Positions 35,660-47,991 of a stretch of DNA of 64,000 nt are shown piece after piece. The translations under genes were made by a program, and so were the position numbers. The first letter of the stretch is position 1, and each line of letters opens with the position of its first letter. Source of the DNA: Halocafeteria seosinensis (Eukaryota); assembly GCA_001687465.1 (NCBI GenBank), contig LVLI01000278.1:1-64000 (forward strand). Direction: 5' to 3'. Below the pieces are notes generated by a model that ran no database searches, was not told the origin of the DNA, and saw only the letters and a list, made by a program, of their open reading frames with translations.

Positions 35660-38600
35660 CTATACATTGACAGCCTGATTATTCCCTAACGCTTCTTCTT
35701 CGGGCAGTTGTTCGGCAACTGCGCTCTCAACAGAAACAGCTTCCTCGTCCAATTTACTGGCAAACTCTTCGAGGTCTACAGGTTTCGTCAGAACGAAGTC
35801 AACTCCCTTCTGTACGAACCTTTGCACATCTACCGAGAGGGCATTGCCTGTCATTCCAATAATAGCCCCCGAAAACCCCATCTGCCTTAGCCGCTGCGCA
35901 GCTTCATACCCATCCATGTCTGGCATTTCTTTGTCCATTGTGATATGCGTAAAATGGGATATCCCCTTGGTTCTGACCAATTCGACTGCTTCTCGCCCGT
36001 CGTACGCCACCTCCACTGTGGCGTTTGGCATTTTGCGCAGTATTCCCCTCTTGAGCAGTTTGCAAGTCGTCTTTACGTCATCGACTACCAGGAATGTACG
36101 ATACGCAGAGAGACGTTTTGACTCCGATGTCGGAGTTCCATCCTGCGGGTTGGAATTCGTGTTGAATCCTTTCCGCGTAAAAGAAGTGTCGATTTCGGCC
36201 GGCGGGGCATCATTAAATGGTTTTGAAGTGCTCTCCGAGTCACCTGTCGCTTCGCTCGTCTCAAACGCTGCGCACCTCTCATCTGATCGGTTAGGCGCAT
36301 GATGGACGCTTTGAATCGAATTTGAGGCTTCACCTGGTTCACTTTTAGCGTTTTCCTGAGGGCGCAACGAGGGGATTCCAGTGTCATCCCTTTTGTCGTC
36401 CTTTCCATGAGGGTTGTCGAATTTATCCCCAAAGCTGTTAGAAAATTCTCTGAGCTTATCAATCTCTGCGTGTTCCGTACCCATACACGGCAATGAAAAT
36501 TCTATGGTAAACGTAGATCCCACTCCTTCGTTCGATTCTACGCTAATGCTGCCATTATGCGCTTCAATCAATGCCTTAGCGATACATAAAGAAAGACCGG
36601 ATCCTCGGGATCCTGGTGATAAATTTGCAAAGGGCTCAAAAATCGTTCCAAGCGCTTCTTCAGGGATTCCACCTCCACTGTCTGATATCACGAAAGTGAG
36701 CAAAGCTATGCAGGGGCAATTCCTTAAATTGGACGTGAGCCGGTCCTCGGGAGGAGAGCAGGAGTCCATCCTGCTGCTTTGAGCCTCCATCGTTGGCTGA
36801 CTGCCTATCAGCCCCTTCGGCTCTGTTGAGGCTGTGTCAGTACCTCTATCCGAGGCATCACGACGATCCTCTTCACTTCTTGTTCGATGCGTTATACCGA
36901 TACTGTTCATGAATGCATCTACCACTTTAGCTGCCGAGCTTCGCTTTCTTATTCGCTTCGTGTTCGGTTGAACGGCTATATCTACGTCAACGCTAACACA
37001 CGATGAGCTGCTGGGACGACTAAAGCGGAACGCATTGTCTAAGATCGCGGACAGAGCTGCCTCTATCCGTGCAGCATCGCCGATTACTTTGACATCACGA
37101 AAAGAAGACACATTGGAATTCTGCAATCCAACCACGCAAACTCGTGAGACCATATGAACATGCGCAACAGAATAGAGCCTTCCTACCTTGCTCTGCCTTC
37201 CCCGTTTCGCCTTGTTATCGAATCTTTTTCGCAATTTAAAGCACAGATCGTTTTCAGAGTCACTCAATCGACTTGTCAAATCCAGGCCGATACTCTTAGT
37301 GCGATGCCTGTGTTGCCACTACCCACGAATATAATGTCTCCATTTCTTGCTGAAAGGCGTGCTTGCATAACTTACCGCAAAGATATCGCATGGCACAGCT
37401 TAGAATACATCCTGATCATGTCAAACTGTCCAAGTTCCAGATTGATCTTGTCACTTGAAACCATATCGAAGTCTTTGACGGAATCCAGCGTCCTAGATAG
37501 TGAACGAACATCTTCAAGGCAAGAGTTGACGTTTTCGGAAAAATCACTCAGTTTATCTTCCTGTAACCACCAGTCCCCTAGTACAACTATATGATGCCAA
37601 GCAAACAGCCAAGAAAAACCTACCGAGTTCTCGCTGACACTGGTGGAGGAAGTTTCTGAAACATTGCTCGACATGTCCGGGAGTATCTGTAACTCGATGG
37701 CTCTCAGCTTGTAACAAACAGAATGAATAGCATTAAAGGGTGCGATAATCGGCGTACCTTCCTTGTGAACTCTTGAAGAACCAAGTAGATGTTGTTTAGG
37801 GGGACCCGCACCTCATGGAAAATCCTGTCGTTTGTAAACAGTGTGGTCAAGACGAACGTTAACACTTCGCACTGACGGACGACTTGCACCTACCAACGAA
37901 AGAAACGGTGTCGGAGATTCTCACGGCGCATAGCTTCCGCCTTCAGAGAAGCAGTTTGCAGCGCGCAAAGCTTTCCCCAAACAAGGGCTGCACAGGCACA
38001 CAGCGTATATACTCGAAACGCAATAGGTGTCCTATCCAAACGAAGATACGTACTCAAAGGCAAGACAAAACACCAAGATATCGTATTCAGTAGCATAACG
38101 GCTTCGTGGATCACTGCATCATCATCCCGTTCACTTGGAACATGAGGTTCAGCCCAGTACATGGAGAGAGAAAAGAGCTTAGATCCGCCGACTATTCCCT
38201 GAATACACAGCGATTCAGTTCCAACTCCTGCTCCCTTTTTTTTGATATACACCATACTAGAACCACTTACAATCAGGATGATTGACAGAAGAATCTCCCC
38301 TACGGATGCCCGATCCTTGCACACAAAGGAATAGCTGCAAGATAAGCAGCACTTTGCGACTTCACTGGTCTTTGGATACGAACACAAATCACTCACATGG
38401 CAGACACTGATAAAAAACCCACGCTAGTCACATTTGTAATTCCAGTAAGAACTTTCCATGGAGACTCGAAACTTTTCCCCCTTACATGGGGAGATCCTGT
38501 CAGACCTATAAAGGAAAGAGCAAGTAACGTTAGTGTGGCCACACGCGCCAGTCGCTTATATCTTCCCCATAAATTAAAAAACAGTGTAAACATCACCAAC

Positions 38601-39257
38601 GGGATGGTTTCAGTAATGGGTTCTGTAGTAAAACGGCGCACTGTGAGCTCGTCATTCATCTCTATTTCCACAGTTTTTGCGAATCCTGATCGTTTCCAAG
38701 CAAACAGAATACAGGGTAAAAATCAGCAACTGAATACGTGATGGACAGTTAACATACCAGCAACCTGAGTGATCTGGACGATGGTTACGAACGTCAGCAC
38801 TTTCGCGCTGAAGAGCAGCAATTTATGCTGCCGCCACTCCGGAAGCTGTGTAGCCATTAGCCATTGCATGGTGACCATGGCGAAAAACACAATTGTGTAG
38901 ACCAACTGTACGTCCTTGCGAATCGCACTAGCTTCGACTGCACAACAAATTGTTGCACCTTCCTGAGTTACATGTAGTTACACTGGGTGCTAACGTACCT
39001 TTAACTGAATCAGGATGGGCAACTATATACACAACCAACAGCGCCGTGAATATCATAGTTCCCACCACTTGCTGTCTCAACGGCGTACTCGTGCAGGTGT
39101 GCCAGCACTTCATCCTTACAGCTCTCAAAGTGCTTTGCGTTTCAAGGTCATGCAACTGGGACTTGTGCACATCGGGAAGCACGCGCCTCAGGCTCATCCT
39201 TGTCTTTCCACCGGGCTTGTATGTTTCTTCCTTAGTATCCGCGCTGGGCGAAATCAT
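35660..39257 (-). CDS. Hybrid histidine kinase: ~10-TM sensor, HisKA, HATPase_c, receiver (multi-exon)
   Basis: H-box FFRW|IFHEVRVPLNNI across intron 37825-37893; N-box ILDNAFRF; G1 ISDSGGGIP; F-box IFEPF; G2 GSGLSLCIAKALIEAHNG. Receiver VVDD...MDKEMPDMDG...MTG...TKP. Upstream exons are hydrophobic. Confidence 0.9.
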
Positions 39258-40364
39258 GGCGTAATAACGCCGCGTAAAGCAACAAGGGAACTCGACTCAG
39301 TAGTGAAGGGCCTTGCTTCTTGACTCAGTTGCTCCACAGGCTTTCCCTTACGCAAGCGTCTGATGCTGAGTCGCTGCCTTCACCTCAATAAGACGTTAAG
39401 CAGGTGCGGATCCGGCGTAGGCAATGCTTCTGTTTTATAGCTTGGAAATGCTCAACTTAGAGGGGGAGAAAACGCCGAACGAGCTTGCCGTGTTCTTCGA
39501 AGTCCTGAAGGGGGGTGGGGGTAGTTATCCCCCGTGCGCCCTTTCGATTGAGAGAAGAAACCTACCACGTTCCTTCCCCAATGTTCCACACTCGTATGAA
39601 CCGTCAGTGGTGGAAGGAGGCGCCCTTTTCGAGAGTAAAGGAGGGGAAGTTCGTCTGGCACGCCACACAAGAAGGTCTCGGTTGTTCTGGTGCGAGCTTG
39701 ATGAAAGCGATCATGCACCGACTGTCTGGTGGATGTGAAATCCAACAACTCAATGAATCCCACAACTCGCTTGGCGTCAACAAATCTCAAACTTGGTCAG
39801 TACTTTGTCTTATCCTCGTCGGGAGATCTGACAAAGAAGGTTGACCAACTTGCGGTACAACCCTAACGCATGCAGTCGCTTATGACGTCATATAAGTCAC
39901 TTCAGAGCAATCCACTTCCACTTCAACGAGTTCTGGACCGGATCCTTGTCTGAACTGGATGGTATTCAGTGGTACCGCTTACCGTCTCCTTCTTCTATCG
40001 TTTGCAGCAAAATGCTTGGTATTGTACGAAGGCAATATAAACTTCCAACTCGTTTCCATCCGGACGGAGGCGTAACGGGTCTGCCGTCTTGGTGTTCTTC
40101 GAGGACTGTCTCGTCATACCACGGTGCACACTGTGGGGTGGATCCATCTGAGCTTTCAGGAGCCCCAAAAAAATACGGAAGAAGGCAGAGTAGCCTTTGC
40201 TAGCACTAAGCGATAAGAGGTCTCGGCTGCTGGACAAATAACTCCGCCACGGAGATATACGGTATACCTGCTGATACATCCACTGACACACGACGGCTTC
40301 ATGTTAAGGATCATGACAGACTAATTGCTGACGACATTTGTCTCATTCAGGAATCTTACTTCTG

Positions 40365-40912
40365 CCCAGGAACTATGACAGCGGACGGCATCACTTCCGT
40401 AGCTACTGCTCCCCAGGATGAATAGTTATACTTCTGTCGCTTAGTTGTTATTCGCTATATAAGGAGGGCTCGCAGAAGATGTACACGTGATCCCAGGAAC
40501 TATTGAAGCGAGCGGCATCACTTCCGTAGCTACTGCTTCCTAGGATGAATAGTTATACTTCTGCCGCTTAGTTGTAATTCGCTGGTTAGAAGATTTACAC
40601 GTGATCCCAGGAACTATGAAAGTGGACGGCATCGCTTCCGTAGCTACTGCTTCCCAGGATGATTAGTATACTTCTGCTGCTTAGTTGTTATTCGTTATTT
40701 AAGGAGGGTTCGGAGAAGATTTACATGTGATCCCAGGAACTATGGAAGCGGCGGCATCGCTTCCGTAGCTGCTGCTTCCCAGAATGATTAGTATACTTCT
40801 GCTGCTTAGTTGTTATTCGTTATTTAAGGAGGGTTCGGAGAAGATTTACAAGTGATCCCAGGAACTATGGAAGCGGCGGCATCGCTTCCGTAGCTGCTAC
40901 TTCCCAGGATGA
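40365..40912. repeat. Tandem repeat of ~125-bp unit, about 4.4 copies
   Basis: Units start with CCCAGGAACTAT at 40365, 40492, 40606, 40732 and 40857 (lengths 127, 114, 126, 125, then a partial copy). Confidence 0.95.
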
Positions 40913-41370
40913 CTACAAGTTTAGACTACAACTTGCGTCATTAACCGCAAGGCTTGGACTACAGCTGTTGCTATCGCAGCTCTGATGCTCCACAGTCAGG
41001 AATAGAACTTTGAAGACTGATTTCTTCGGTTATGAATTCATCTGTTGTTTCAATACAAGTAAGGAGTACCAGGATCGCGAATGAGTCACTTCGTGAGTTC
41101 CACTTTGTCTATCCGTAGTGCTAATCCTACAAGGCTGGTAGGCATTTTGACAAACACTCAATCATTCGTCACTCCTTTGCATTGTATACCTGTCTGGCTG
41201 AATCACCGTAGCATGCTTGAGAACTTCTGGTGCTTGAGGCAGTGCAGTACAGATCCCTGCGACGTAGTCAATCCGTCGCTCGCACGGAGGCACTCCCCCT
41301 CTTACAATTGACTTACTTATTGGAATCGATAACCACCCTCATCGAATATGGTGTTGGAGACGAGGAAACG

Positions 41371-44102
41371 ATGCAGCCCGACCCAGACTTGATTGGAACT
41401 GCATCCACGTCACACGATGCGCATCCACCAGCAGCAGACTCTTCCGAGAACTCGGCCCAGCATGCCACAGAGGAGGTGGTATTGGTATTGAAGGATGCCG
41501 CCAAACAACAGAGGACTCCCAAAGCGTCGGATAGGAGCGGTTTAACCCTGGATAGCATCCTCCAACGAATTAAAGACCAAGGACTGCAAGCGCAGGAATT
41601 GTCATGTGAAGATGGGCTCCATTACTACATCATTTCGGCCCAAGACGGGGATCTTTTCTTTCGCTATGCTTGCCGAACGGGAATGTGTAGATTTACCTCG
41701 ACAGGAACCCTAGCTACTGTTTCGAGCAAAACGCTAAAGGATTTCCCCCACTGCTTAGATTCACGCGCTTTTTTCACGCCTGCGGAACGGATCCGAATAC
41801 TCTTTGATGAATTAGATTGCGTGGTAAGTACCACGTATTCGTTGCATTGGAATGCTACATGCTCTCACTCAGACATGCACTTCAACAGTCGATACAGGAT
41901 CTCGAAGAAAATGAGACCGAGAATGCAAATGGCCAAGAAAAGCCAGAGAAACCCCTAGGATTGCTAAGTGATGGAAAGCAACACGGATGGCTCCATCAGG
42001 TGTTTCCGTTGCATAATCCCCAACAGCTGCACAAGCTGAGGACGTCATGGGTACGTTCCACAAAATATCAACCATTGGGGTGGATACGAGAATACTTTGG
42101 CGAAAACGTAGCGTTCTACTTTGCGTTCGTCGGTTTCTATGCTTGGAGTCTTTCCTTTCCCGCTTTAGCAGCTCTTGCTGTCGTGCTTGTTGGCCTTATA
42201 CGCTCGGAGGATTCGGTAGCAAATACCCTCATTTATTATTTCAGGAGTGTCTCCTCGCCGCATGATGATGTGGTCGCTACACGGGTGAAAGGTGCAATTG
42301 AAGTGGCCAGGCTCGAGAATGTCTTGTATGCAGTTGTGGTAGTCTTGTGGTCCACGTTATTCCTAAGACTATGGAGAAGAAAGGAGTCACATCTAGCCCT
42401 TCTTTGGGGAGTATTTGATCCTTCTAGATACGGAACCGCTGGTGCGATTGTGTCCCCCATACATCCCACGCGAACAGGATACAAACCCAATAGCTTGTTT
42501 GCAGACGCAGTTCGTATCAGTGATGAGGCCGGAAACGTTCGATACGTTGAAAATACAATTGTACGCTTCATCAGGAGGTGGGGCATATCTCTTCCTATTA
42601 TGGTCTGTTGTATAGCAGCAGCATTCGCTTTCATGTATCTCTGCGAGCGGTTAAGGCACTATGTCGAGGAAGAATTGGACACAACAATGAAATTCGATAC
42701 TGAGCGACAGGTTTATGTACGAGCAAATGCAACAGCCTCTGAAGTATTCAGTAATACTGCAAATTTTGTTGAACCTGCTGGGAGTAACGCCGGATCCTGG
42801 AGAATGTTTCAAGCCGGTACAAATGAGGCTCTGCTCGACAGTTGTGACCTTGATAAACCAAGATCCTGGTTTGATCTTTGCTGTTGCTACCTCACAGAAA
42901 TCATCCACTCGACAATGCATTTTATTGAAGAAGCATTCTTTGAGGCTCAAGAGTTATCAATCTCAGCAGTATATGTGGTTACAATGGCTCCGACCCTTGG
43001 GTATGCATTGGGATTGCCAATAATTGATGCCATGAACGCAGCAATTTCCAGGAGGCTAACGACTTTTGAAAACCACCGTACACAACAGGACCACGAGCAA
43101 TCTCTAAATTTCAAGCTAATTGCTTGTCAGCTATGTAATAACTTCTTGGGTCTGTTCTACATAGCCTTTGTGCGGCAAAACTTAGCAGTTCTACGGGATC
43201 GACTAGTGGTACTGTTCCTGGTGAGACAACTAATCCAGAACTTTCAAGAAGTCTTGCTCCCCCATATTTTGTCTAGCCTTCACTACGAATACGTAAAAAA
43301 GAAAGATCACGTTAAACAGTCTCTACGGACCTCCGCTGAAAGAATGGCAAAGATCCAGAAGGAATCAGAGCTTCCGGAGTACTCCCAATATGAGGATGTT
43401 CTGGAGATGCTACTTCAGTATGGATACGTCGTGCTGTTTGCTTCAGTGTTCCCTCTTGGTTCGATCGCTGCGCTTCTAAACAATGTCATGGAGGTACGTT
43501 CAGACGCTTACAAAATTTGCAGTGGAAAGCGCCCCAAGGGTGAGGCTAGTCCGGAGTTGGGGAGCTGGGATGCAGCTTTTCGATTCATTGCGCATTTGGG
43601 AGTAATAACGAACGTTGCGATCCTTGGGATCGCTCTTGCTCAAAGGGACGACACCGCGCTTGTAGAAAATTGCGTAAAGCTATCAGAAGGTAGCTACTGT
43701 TTGACCACCCTCCAGTTGAGTTTGTTTTCACTGGGAGCAGAACATATTCTATTGCTCCTGCAGGTTTCTCTCTGGTACTCGTTGCGTGAAATTCCAAAGG
43801 ACGTCCGGGGCCAGTGGAGGAAGAAAGCTGCCTACGAACATTCGGTACTCTCAAGTAGTAACAGCAAGTCTCTTACGGAAAATCCTAAATCAGCTTCAGT
43901 TAACAAGGGAGCATCTGCTCAGGCCGAAACAAACACCACAGAACATTGTAAGCCTTCGCAGTCACCGACTGACAAAGTTATTGTTCCTCTTTCAGTTTTT
44001 ACTAATGAAATTCGCCTTCTTCCGGAGAGTGCATTACCACACTTAGGTGATGGCCTTCGGAAGCGTTTAGGTGACTTTATCGAAGTTGACCTACACCGTT
44101 AA
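41371..44102 (+). CDS. Anoctamin/TMEM16 family channel-scramblase (ANO8/ANO10-like), 2 exons; start approximate
   Basis: Intron 41824-41888. Motifs FTPAERIRIL, VFPLH, QPLGWIREYFGENVAFYFAF, WRRKES, ENHRT, LFYIAF, EMLLQYGYVVLFASVFPL and NNVMEVRSDAYK. Confidence 0.93.
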
Positions 44103-44179
44103 TTGGATACGCCGAGACATGCTAACGTCGTCGTCGTTGATTAGGCCGGAATTTTCTCCGACTTGGGGAGAAGCATTGG

Positions 44180-46288
44180 CTAGTTCCCGATGCGCGGTCT
44201 CGGAGAGGTTCCCGAATTAGTTCCCGAACCCCACTCCTGATTCAAATTCCGGATTATCGCCCACCAGGCGTAGCGCAGATTGGTATGTTGCGGTATTCTA
44301 GTCCATCCTTTCTTGCCAACACTAGCAGGTGGTACTAAACTGCGGTAGCACACCACTGAATCGTTCTCTAGCCGTTCCTCCCCGTACTGCGATCAATTGA
44401 TATTCCATCTTTACTCTTCTGCCAGTTCATAAATTGGTTATGCCATATGTGCCATAAGGACTCCTCTTTATAGCGGGGAGGCCACTGCATTTGCCGCTTC
44501 CGTGCAGCATTCCAGAAGTGCACGTAGAACAGGTTGTCTTCTCCTCCCCAAGTTGTTTTGTTAATGGTGGATCCACTGCAGAGCCTCAAGTTTTGAGATA
44601 CAACGGAAGTACCTGAACGACTATCTCCGTCACTTACAAAAAACCAACGTTGTCATCGAACAAGTAGAACCAAGTCATCCCGTATCCGCCGTCTCGAACC
44701 CAACTGTTCTCATTGTTCATCAGAGTACCAGTTACAGCATGTTCAAACAAGCGATCTCCGTCTTGAATGGAACTCTTTGTCCCCATCACCTTAGGAAATG
44801 ACACCTTCTTCCCTGTATCACCACCATTGCCAGTCATTAGCATTGCTTTAATCAAGGGATTAGTTAAATTAGGAATCCTTACCGACTGTGGTAGTATCTA
44901 AACCACGATCAACGAAGGAGGAGTCCATAGCAACCAAATCAGCGTCTACATGAAACACGAGGCTTTGAATAGAAGGGGTTGGGATATATCGTAAGGCCGA
45001 GTTGTAAGTCTGAACTACACGTAGCAAACAAATACTTTACTGTAACCAAGAAGTTGAAAACCGAACTTAACCAACGCACCTGAGTTTTTATCCAATGGTA
45101 TGTAGCGGGAGACCGAGAAAGTAACCGCACACGATCTCTCCACGCGTATTCCAATTCGCTTGCTAGAGAAGTTTTTCTGTCTGTATCGTAATCACTCACA
45201 TAAATACATAGACAGTGATACCATGGAGGAGGTTCGTCACATCTCAGCGTTGCATTCCGCACAGAGGAGACGAATCGCAACAAGTTTCCGACTCGGTTAC
45301 GATGTGGGACCAAAAGATAAATAAAGGGGTAACGTTCCTGCGGACACTTTCGGAGATCGCAGTAAGGGTATTCCAATACCTTTCCCTTGAGAGAAAAGAT
45401 AGGCTCTCGCAGCTCATCATTGTACGTTACGTTTTCTAGTTGGAAGGACCGCTGCAGTAGGGCTTCGGTGGACTTGATGGAAACAAAGCGCGCATCCATT
45501 TTGGTTGCATTAGCATAGCGCTTGGTGTCATTCACGCAGCGCTTCTGTTGCCAAACTCTAAATTTCTCCCGGAATGCGGGAGTTCCCCATAAGAAATTGT
45601 CATGCCGCCGGCGATGAAACTCCAACGGAAGCGCTTTAGGAATTGGAATGTGCGGTGATACAGCATTAGGCGGCAACATTGTTCGAGTTGCATCCATGTT
45701 ACCTGCGACAGTATGCAAGTCTTCCATGTTTTGAGAGAGAAGGTTTGCTCTATCGGCAAGTACTCTGGCGGGTTTCATCGCTTCCAGGTATTCAGGCATG
45801 TTTTCCTGTGGAAAGGAAAACGTGCGAATAAACTGGATCTTCCCTAATGTAGGCTCCGATTTTGGAACAGCAACCTTGCTTGCAGGTTCATAAGACTGTG
45901 TCCTGGCAAGAATCCGGTTTGCAGCAGTAGAGTTTGTAGCCTTAGCTTGAGGCGTTGTAGATGTTTTGTTTCCAGTAGACTCACTCCTGCTTGGTTCAGA
46001 TTTCATCGAAGGAGTTGCAATTTGACTTCCATCGCTAAAGACAGATCTCATTCCTGCATCCGGTGAATAGTACTCCTCCGAAGACCTGCTTCCAAGGACC
46101 CATTCAACTTCCGCCCAGATGAGAGCAGTAGCCACGACTAGAATAACGAGGGACAATATCGACACCACCGTCTTTTTTGGCGAAATTGAAGCGTTCAGCG
46201 TGGAAGAGAAGGGAGCACTTGGGGGCACTGAGAACTGCTCCGGCAAGCGTTTGTTCAGCCTCCGCGGCTCCGGTGTCTGTTGCCCCAT
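44180..46288 (-). CDS. GT7-family glycosyltransferase (chondroitin GalNAc-transferase/B4GALNT-like), type-II membrane, multi-exon
   Basis: N-terminal TM anchor and Ser/Thr stem. Motifs LLVPHRNRVGNLLRF, spliced VFHVDAD (DxD), VSFP, GYGMT and WGGEDNLFY. The 3' end assumes a 47-nt last intron; without it the stop is at 44368. Confidence 0.8.
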
Positions 46289-47291
46289 TACCGTCTAGCT
46301 AGCTCATCTATCTATCTCTAAAAACAAAGCATGTCCTAGCATCCGTCGTAGACAATGAGATACTTGCCAAAACAATCCCAATACGAACGACTCAGCGCGC
46401 GAAGCGCCATGGCCCAATGATGGATGACGCAGAGGCTGTCGCAATGTGAAGTCGCAAAAGTGCGGTCGCTACTGACCACGTTATGCGCCACATTGTGGCC
46501 CATGGTTCTTACCACCCACATACAGATAGAAAACATGATTCTACAGAGTAGCATGGTGGTGAAACATCCCTTCCTGTCATTGTGGCTGGGCTGTATTTAA
46601 GCAGTAACCGCACCACTTTGCACAGTGATTCCAACCCACCAAGTTACGTACAGAGCTAGAATGCATTCTCCGGTTGACCATAGGTTCCTGTAAAAACGCT
46701 GGAACTCTAAAGCAGCGTGGTGAATCTTTCCGGTCATGACTGGGCACTAGTGTGGAGGCCTCCATGTGGACACTGTGGACTTGCGACGTCCTGACCGCTG
46801 TCAAGTGCCGTCAGAAATCCGGGAAGAATCCGCGGTCACCGTCAATGCTACTGATGTTGTCATAAGTTCTTTAGATAACCCCGACAGCTTACCCCATTCA
46901 AGCAATAACCAACAGTTGCAGCTAACACGAGGCAACCAAGCAACGTTTTTGAACATTTTGGTTCGCAGTACCACATTCAGGTCGACCCTGGTGCTCGATC
47001 TTTACACCATTTGCATCATCTCAGTTTTCTTTGTTTCTTGTGATTTATGTGCAATGCATTGCTTTCGCCGCGCTGTTTGTGCCCGGTTTGTTTGCTACTT
47101 CTTGCTGCTGGGTGAAAAGATTGTTGCCGCGACCGTTGAACCTACGGCCAATGTTCAACGCCGGTGCCGGTTTAAAATGACCTACACACGGGAGTTATAC
47201 TGCATCTTTCCGTCTTGTTGCATACTCTCGTTCTAGTAGATGTGTATGTGATCCTAGTTGGCTGCAGGTTTTAATTGCGTAAAACAACAGA

Positions 47292-47991
47292 ATGACGGAA
47301 GACAACAGAGGACGCCGCGGTTCCTTGGGATCTGCGCGAGATGGAGGATCAAAGCAGAAGTCCACCGCCAGTAAAGAGGACCCCACCACTGTTCTTCGCC
47401 CATCGCACCATGATCGGTGAGTGGGGCTGGATTGTTTGAATCGCTTTTAGACCGTTCGTGTCATCCGGATACAACGCTCCGATCGCAGATTCCCGGTAGG
47501 ACGAGCGAAAGCTATAATGCGAGAAATACTACAAGAGAAACTCGAAGGTGAGACATTCTCGTCTGAGCATGCTAAACCAATCGCTGATGAAATAAGGAGC
47601 CAGATAAGAGGTAGGATGGTGATATGAAGAGGTGGAGCTGGCTGTATCGTTAAGCATTGAGGTTTTGATCACAGATTTGGAAATACCACGATACAAAATT
47701 ATGGTCCAGGTGTTAATGGGCGAACAGAGAGGTGCGTACTCGTCGCTCTAGCATTGTTGATTTAAAGTTTAAGTTTACCACCATGGATTGGCTATCTCTC
47801 AGGTGAAGGAATGAGAATGGGCACTCGAAGTTTATGGGACCCGATGACAGACAGTTATGCGTCGGAGACGTATACCAATGTAAATAACGCTCGCTAAACA
47901 AGAAGTAATTGTGGTTTTGTTGTTGTATTTCCTTCCATTGCAGGATCACCTGTTTTGTATAGCCACTGTGTTCAGTGTATATCTCTACTAA
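47292..47991 (+). CDS. Tctex1-family dynein light chain (Tctex2/TCTEX1D2-like), multi-exon
   Basis: Spliced ...AIMREILQEKLEG...IADEIRSQIR|DLEIPRYKIMVQVLMGEQR|GEGMRMGTRSLWDPMTDSYASETYT|...LFCIATVFSVYLY*. Confidence 0.88.

Noticed and set aside
40700..40845. GGTTCG in repeat copies 3-4 as a tRNA T-arm or B-box
   Set aside because: No cloverleaf or full GTTCRANNC, and the motif is absent from copies 1-2.
40365..40912. CRISPR array interpretation of the hairpin-containing repeat
   Set aside because: The whole unit is repeated with no unique spacers, there are no cas genes, and the context is eukaryotic.
44200..44230. Three GTTCCCGA direct repeats
   Set aside because: They fall inside the predicted last GT7 exon (GSGTNSGT..IGN) and are explained by coding low complexity.
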